A DNA stretch of 64,000 nt from the human T2T-CHM13v2.0 reference genome, Homo sapiens, in NCBI RefSeq assembly GCF_009914755.1, contig NC_060928.1; one strand, given 5' to 3'. The position numbers were made by a program, and so were the translations under genes. The stretch's first letter is position 1; each line of letters starts with the position of its first letter. Under the pieces are notes generated by a model. It had not been told where the DNA came from. It was given only the letters and a program-made list of their open reading frames with translations, and searched no databases. Positions 55,601-64,000 of this stretch are shown here, piece after piece.

Positions 55601-55844
55601 GTAGAATTTCCTATTGCATTTCATTTGTGGGTTTAGAACTCGGTTGCTTATTTCATATTGTCTCCCTTTTCAGTCCTTCAAGGTACATTTTTCCAACTTC
55701 TCTAATGAATTATTACATTTCTGAGTAGCTGATATGTTTTTATCTTATCTAAGCAGTATATTTATAATTCCTTCTTTGCATTGGCTAATCTGATTAGTAG
55801 TTCAGAACCCAATTTTCAGATTGTCTATAGCAAACTGTGAAGAA

Positions 55845-56480
<636 letters not shown>

Positions 56481-58106
56481 GTGAGAACTGATAGCCTCCC
56501 GAGGGTACGAGCCTTCACTTGGCCTTAATTTATTTCTTCCTCCTGTATTTTCCCTTCTTAACATTCTCACTTGTGCACATGCCGCAAGATTAAAAACAGG
56601 TATCTTTGTAAGCCACTCTGAAGGAAGCCGTTTTGAAACAAGACACTGCATAAATGAATAAAAGTGTCTTTTCCAAAGGAGCCTGTGAAGGGCTGGATGG
56701 ATGTGCAGATGCAGGCACACTGATTTGTAGGATGCCAGGAGAAGGGAATTTTGTTTTTTTTCTGTTTTCTATTATTTTGTGTGGAGCCAGGCTGCTTATT
56801 GGTGTCTGGGCAGATTTGGAGCCTACACATCTTAAATTATTCATTTTTCTTAAACTCGGGAGGAGAGGAAGACACAGGAAAACTGGGACCTCCCACAGTT
56901 AATTTGAAGTTTTTTATTTTTTAAGAGAGGATTTCAGGTTTGTTAGGGATTGTCCTAAATTGACTGGTGTCCCAGATTTCTAACTTGGTGACCTGACACT
57001 TAGGAAGTTTCGTTCTAAATGCACATGAGAATTAATTGAAGGGTCTCACCCATCACTTACCTGCCACCTGCTAGACAGTATGTGGGCTTCCTCCTGAACC
57101 CAGAGCCATGGGAAGGAGGCCGTCAGGGAGTCTGCATGTCAGACTCCTTAGAAAGCTGGTGTATGTGCTAACAAGTGAGGCACAAGAATGCAAGAAAGAC
57201 TTTCATCGTGGAAGAATTCTGTGTTGTTTTAGTGATTAAATGTATTTAGCACTTTAGTTGGTATAAATGGATGCTTTGAAGGTACTTAAATTCTTTTTTC
57301 TTTTTTTTAACCCTACTTTCAAGCTACCAAGTTAGAGATACTTAAATTCAATAGTGACAGATTCCCTTTTCCTTACTCCCACTAAAATATTTACAGTCTT
57401 TTCAGGGTTTTTTGAAAAATAAAAACATGTTTCTGTATATGGAGAGATATAAAGACAGTATTAAAAAAATTGAATCAGTGGAGGGGAAAAAATGTTAGCT
57501 AGAATCCCAGAGCAATTGTTTCTATTGTTGTTATATATCTTTGTAGTCCTTTCTGTAAAATACACGGGATTTTGTAGACGGTTTCCTTTCAACATTGTAC
57601 TTATTTTTCAGTAGAAAATAAAGTAAGCTTTAAGTAGTCCATTTTGAATTTTATACAAACAATAAACTAGTGGGTTTAAGTGGATGGTTCTTTCGAAAGA
57701 AGTTGGAGGAAACCTCATAAAAAATCATCTCTGTATTATTTGATGTAAATATGCATGTTTTGTGGATTCTTTTCTATTTAGAAAAACATCAGTGGTCTAT
57801 TGAAGTCTACTTACTGGCATTGTCTGTTACTTTAGGCATCTTCGTTTTCTTGCATGGGAGGAATTGTTTTTCTTCGTGCAAAAAAATCTGTCTCAATAGA
57901 AATTATATCAAATCTACATTGTCCCCTGCCCACTCCCCATCACACTCACACACAGACACACATGGTAAGTACTAAGAAGGTTGCTGTGCGTACAGAGATG
58001 TCTCCAAAGGTTCCTTTACCCTCTTTGCCTTTTCTATATTTTCTTTTCTGTTTTGTCTGTACAATTATGTTGGTAATAATTTGCTTTGCTGATTATACTG
58101 TAATAG

Positions 58107-58213
58107 GGTGAAGCAGAAAGAGACTGTGATAACAAGAAAATCAGACTGGAGAAGGAAATCAAATCACAGTCATCTTCATCTTCATCCTCCCACAAAGAAT
58201 CTTCTAAAACAAA
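58107..58213 (+). CDS. AFF1: AFF1 exon (107 nt, 0/2) GEAERDCDNKKIRLEKEIKSQSSSSSSSHKESSKT(K)
   Basis: taatag|GGTGAA...AACAAA|gtgagt. Confidence 0.94.
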
Positions 58214-59168
58214 GTGAGTATAGAGATTAGCAACCACCTAATCTACGGTGATCAACACTTCTTGGGTCTTGACATAGCAAAGAAATTTTTCTTCTGCACT
58301 AGAATCAGTGGATTAATAAACTCAAGCTCATTTGGACAATGTAATAAGTTTGTTTTTCTTTCTTGCATCCATGAGGACCTTACAGGAATTAACAATTCAT
58401 GTGGCAGCAAATTTAGATTTATCAGAAACATTTTCACTATGGACAATTTCTTTAGACATCTGGATTTTTTTTTTCCCTGAGGGAAAGTAAGAAAGGTACC
58501 CTTATTTCTACTTTGCAGAATTGGAAACAAACACACAGAGAAAATGACTTGTCCAAAGTCAGAGAATTCTTACTGTGTGTTGGAGCCAGCATTTGGACTC
58601 CGGGAGCCTGTGTTCAGTGCTCCTTCTTTTAGAGATGACTGAGAATCTGTCAGACCACTCAGTGTCTGTTGTTGGGAAGAGGGGTGGCAGGTGAGAAGTG
58701 GTAGTGCCAGGAAGACGTAAATATAACAAGCAGCTATTATTTACTGTGATTTACTCAAGAAATTGCTTCAAAAAATGTATTGGCAAAAACAAGTGCATAG
58801 TGTCACCGTGTGGGAACCGACAGAGATGGGGAAGGCTCAGATGTGGAGGGTGTGTGTCCACTCATCTTCTTGTCAGGGAAAGGCACCGGTTGGGAAGCAG
58901 CTGAAGCAGGCGTTCGGAATGGTTGGGGAAAGTCAGGACCACTGGCAGACTCTGCAAGCTTAGAAACTATACAGCTTCATTTATCACTAATGGGTAGGGC
59001 TAGATTTTTGAAATGCCTCAAAAAGTCCCTGAAATTTGGCCTGTTTACACAGTTTCATGCTTTGTGATACCCTACTCTTTTGTGCCAGCAGCCAGTTTGT
59101 AACTAAACAACGAAGCCGCTTGATGTGTACTTTGCCTCCTCTTAGTTTTACGTGATGTTTCACTCCAG

Positions 59169-59406
59169 GCCCTCCAGGCCCTCCTCACAGTCCTCAAAGA
59201 AGGAAATGCTCCCCCCGCCACCCGTGTCCTCGTCCTCCCAGAAGCCAGCCAAGCCTGCACTTAAGAGGTCAAGGCGGGAAGCAGACACCTGTGGCCAGGA
59301 CCCTCCCAAAAGTGCCAGCAGTACCAAGAGCAACCACAAAGACTCTTCCATTCCCAAGCAGAGAAGAGTAGAGGGGAAGGGCTCCAGAAGCTCCTCGGAG
59401 CACAAG
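59169..59406 (+). CDS. AFF1: AFF1 exon (238 nt, 2/0) (K)PSRPSSQSSKKEMLPPPP...GSRSSSEHK
   Basis: ctccag|GCCCTC...CACAAG|gtgagc; inside ORF 59152..59658. Confidence 0.95.
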
Positions 59407-60095
59407 GTGAGCAGGGGCGGCGGTCACTCTGTAAGATGGGATGCATTGCTGTACCTTTACGTTCCCAAAGAAGACAAGTTGCTAGTGATGGCACTTCAGA
59501 ACTGTCCATTGCTTTTAATGAGGCAACTGTTTGTGTTTAAAATGCTACTTTTTGGAGGGAGAGTAAAAGGTATTAATAATACACAAAGATTTAGGTGTCG
59601 ATTTATTCTTCTTACAGTGATTTCAGAGGTGAAAAATCAAAATAGATTTTTGTGCTAGTTTTTGTTAGGGTGTTTTACAGTAAGAAATAGTTACCCTGTG
59701 TAGTCCTGCTTTGAATGTTTGATCTCAGATACTTTCATTCTTGGTTATAGTGGGGAAAAAATGATCCACTTTCTCAAATAAAAGTTCTTCTCTTCCTGTT
59801 AATCTGGGTGGAGTGGAGTGGTGTGTTTGGATTGACTAAGAGAAAGTGTTATGTGTGGCTTTGTGAGTTCTCTGATCTCTTGGACATTCTAGTCTTTTTG
59901 AGTCCCCAGTACAATCAGAACCACCGCTTCAGTTGAATCTGTAGCTGAGGAAGTGTTTAGCCAGGGTAGATTGTGCATTGTTTGATTTACTCTTTTTTGA
60001 AACTACTATTTCGGGCTATTTAAGAGGGATGGTACTTTTAGGACAGTGGTCTTAAATGTTAGAGTGTAATCTGTATATTGATTTTTTTTTTGAAG

Positions 60096-60187
60096 GGTTC
60101 TTCCGGAGATACTGCAAATCCTTTTCCAGTGCCTTCTTTGCCAAATGGTAACTCTAAACCAGGGAAGCCTCAAGTGAAGTTTGACAA
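60096..60187 (+). CDS. AFF1: AFF1 exon (92 nt, 0/2) GSSGDTANPFPVPSLPNGNSKPGKPQVKFD(K)
   Basis: T-run, then gaag|GGTTCT...TGACAA|gtaaga. Confidence 0.94.
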
Positions 60188-60217
60188 GTAAGACTTCAGA
60201 TGATTTCTTCTTGCTCT

Positions 60218-60663
<446 letters not shown>

Positions 60664-60713
60664 TAGTAATTTTTGGCTCATATGACCTGTCCCTGGTTTT
60701 TCCTCTTTTTCAG

Positions 60714-60774
60714 ACAACAAGCAGACCTTCACATGAGGGAGGCAAAAAAGATGAAGCAGAAAGCAGAGTTAATG
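60714..60774 (+). CDS. AFF1: AFF1 exon (61 nt, 2/0) (K)QQADLHMREAKKMKQKAELM; start of the C-terminal homology domain
   Basis: ttttcag|ACAACA...TTAATG|gttagt. Confidence 0.95.
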
Positions 60775-62151
60775 GTTAGTATTGGCCCTTTATCTCTTTG
60801 GTAGAATGTTTTCTGATAGTAAAAAAAATTTTTGGTAGTCTCCATTCTGCTGTATTCCATATCACTCAGCGTATGTGCGGTGGAAGGAGGGGGTGCAGCA
60901 GGCGCAGGAGAAAGGAGTGTATGGGCCCTACCATTGGCCACAACATATGCACGCAGCAAAATCAGGACCTTAATGATTAAGGGGTAGGTGGTTCTTAGTG
61001 GTGGTATTTTCTTTGGCTCCATTGATTCAGTCTGATCATGGGCAGATATACAAAGGACCTAGTCACAAGTTTTGTATCTAAGTAAGTCAAAGTTAATCTA
61101 CCTGCTGGTGATTTAATGCATAGGTGCCTTTTTATTCCACTGCATCAATTCTTTGGATGTGAAAAATGAGCCCTGCTGTTGAAACTCAGTCAACGTGTGT
61201 TCACTCTAAAACATTTCACAAGGCAGGAAGCCTGTTTACATTCCAAAATTATCTTAAAGCCTTCAGAGGCTGACCTGAAGGAAGAGTTGAGCTAGGCTAT
61301 TAGATGAGATTTTAAGATGAAGGTAATGATTATACTGTTGGTAAACATGCTTTAAAAACATGAATTCTCTTTACCTATTGGCTTTTGGACTTTCTAAAAG
61401 GTGGTGGTTTTGTAGTTAATTGTGTACATAATTATGCTTTTACATCACTACTGCAATAATGAGATAATGTTTGCCCTTTGTCATATTTAGATATCCAAGA
61501 CTCTGGGGCTTTTGCTTATGTAGTGAGTTCCTAAACCTAAATCCCCACAAATGCAAAAATGCAAAAACCTCCCTGGAAAGCCATATGTTGAACTTTGGTA
61601 CACAGAGGAAGGGCATGAGTTGCCTTTTTTGGTTCACATGCAAACCTAACTACACATTTCAGACACCCACAGGGGTCTGAATCAGATTGATTCATGGTGG
61701 CCCAGCCCGCAAGATCCTGGCCTGGTGCTCTTCAACCCTAATCTGCAGACCTGTATCTCTTCTCAGACCCTTTCATCAGATACCCTTGCATTAGGCAAAA
61801 TGTTGATTCCTTACCATGCTCAATTCTGTAAGATAGTCAAAGACAAGCCTCTCTAGCCCTGTTCCTAAAACTGCGCTGTACCAGGGTGACCTAAGTCAAT
61901 TAAGAATCTGAGATTGTGCCAAGCAGTGGTTTCAGCAGCTTCCATTTTTCCAAGATTATTACTGGAACTGTATGAATCTTTGGAGTTTTGGAAAGAGTAA
62001 ATATTTCGCACTGTCAGCCAGTTATCTAAAACTTATCTTGACATTGGATACTTTCAGTACTAAGATTTCTCGTTATTCAAAGGAGTAATATTCATACTCT
62101 AGGGAACTTTGTTTTTAATCTATTCATATGCATACATTCTTTCTCCTTACC

Positions 62152-62270
62152 TAAGGTGACTGTACATCCCAGTGTGCCAGGACAGTCCTGGTTTATGCCT
62201 GTTTCATCCCAGTTTGATAAATAATTATATCCCATTTCACTCTTAAAATATGCCAGCTTGGACAGTAAGC
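62152..62270. mobile_element. MER94-like hAT-Blackjack fossil
   Basis: taaggtgactgtacatcccagtgtgccaggacagtcctggtttatgcctgtt...tttcactcttaaaa. Confidence 0.6.
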
Positions 62271-62959
62271 CCCTGTGGCCCACCCACTCCATAATATTCT
62301 CCCTTAATAGCATAATGTTTCAAAGATGTGCAGTTGGTGTTCCAAATAGTTACCTATCCAACTGAGTAGAAAGGGATGTATTTCTTCTCTACGTTATCTT
62401 CAACTGATGAGTGATGAGGGAAACTACTTTAACAATGTTTCAGGAGATACATGGAATCACAGAAATATGGACATTATTGGCCTTATGATATACTTATCTA
62501 AAGGAAATGGATATTGACAAATTGCTACACAGTATTGTAGTTTAGTTTATTTCTAGCCTAAAGCCAATATTAACTTTGGAAATCCCATGAAAGAGATGGT
62601 GTTGAATAAGTATATTTGGAGAATTCAGTTCCATCAGTGAAGCAAACCGGTCATGCCAAATACTGCTGATTAATTGGGGAATACTCATTTGATTTTTGTT
62701 CTGTCACTAATCTGAGCCTCGGTTCTCTAGAGAAAGTATTTTTTGATTAAGTTACCTTTTAAAATAAAAAATGTTAGAATAATTGAATATTCTGAAATAT
62801 ACATGTATACTACATGTGTATATGTATAGCAGCCTAGTTCATTCTGCTACTGGTAAAACATGAGAACAGTATGCACTAAAGTCATTCTGTTGTCAGCTCA
62901 CTGGGAGAAGCGTTGTTTCTGCCCTGTGTAGAGTGCAGCAGCATGCCTAAGTAGCATGA

Positions 62960-63343
<384 letters not shown>

Positions 63344-64000
63344 CCTATTTTCATTCTTTCCTTTTGAACATATCAAATACAAAGCAGAAATTACAAATGC
63401 TAATCAGTTGCTCTCAAGGTCTTCATGGGCAGTACATACGCCACATGTAGAGAGAAAGACAGTTGCATCACACTGTCATCAGCTGCACTTGCCATATGCC
63501 ACTTAGAAGCGTGCTGTGTGACAAAGTGTGTATTCAGGGTGTAGGGTGACCACCAATATCTGATTTTGTTCATATTTCTACATTCCCTTTAAGGGACTCT
63601 GAAATGTTACCCCTGTTGGCCTCGGAGGATGGTTTTGTGCACTAAAGCAGATGTCAAAGGAGGTTAATCTATTGGGCTGTAAAATGCATATAACAATTAT
63701 TGTTGGCTATTATGTCTAACATGCTCATAAACCATGATGAGTGTTTTCTTTTTAATAAACTTCAGCACGCACAAAGAAATATGCGTCTGCATTACTCCAG
63801 ACATGTGGAATAATCTGTTTCTCAAGAAAGTTATAGAATGAGTAATTTGACACTAATAACAAGGAGACTATGTACTTACTGCCTTAGTTTGCGTATGTGC
63901 TTTCATAAGGCTTTGAGAGCATGGTCTTAATACGGGATCATTTTCTTTTTCCTAATGAATTTTTGCTAAAATAGTTTTCAGCAGGTCATAGCTGACAGGC

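Overview
Primate (Alu-rich, most likely human) genomic DNA from inside AFF1 (AF4/MLLT2), the super-elongation-complex scaffold and KMT2A/MLL fusion partner in t(4;11) leukaemia, transcribed on the + strand. I reconstructed 12 consecutive internal coding exons (17495-60774). All are bounded by AG/GT, their phases match, and they splice into one open 1905-nt (635-codon) frame from QTYSNEVHCVEEILK to QQADLHMREAKKMKQKAELM. This covers the ELL-binding segment, the pSer domain (DLXLS, SDE and NKW motifs), the AF9/ENL-binding motif, a basic NLS and the start of the C-terminal homology domain. The gene start and end lie outside the window. The first ~17.5 kb is the 3' part of the large intron where most t(4;11) breakpoints fall. 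The rest is intronic: about 30 Alu pieces, MIR/L2/L1 relics, hAT fossils and a MER51-like solo LTR. I see no prokaryotic features and no convincing new gene or system. The best leads are RNA-level hypotheses: an inverted-Alu-flanked 933-nt exon that would give a stop-free circular ORF, a candidate intronic first exon, an in-frame cassette exon splitting the NLS, two identical atypical 5' splice sites, tandem acceptors, and a 52-nt TSD-flanked retro-insertion. Gene and repeat names come from recognition, not database searches, and repeat boundaries are approximate.
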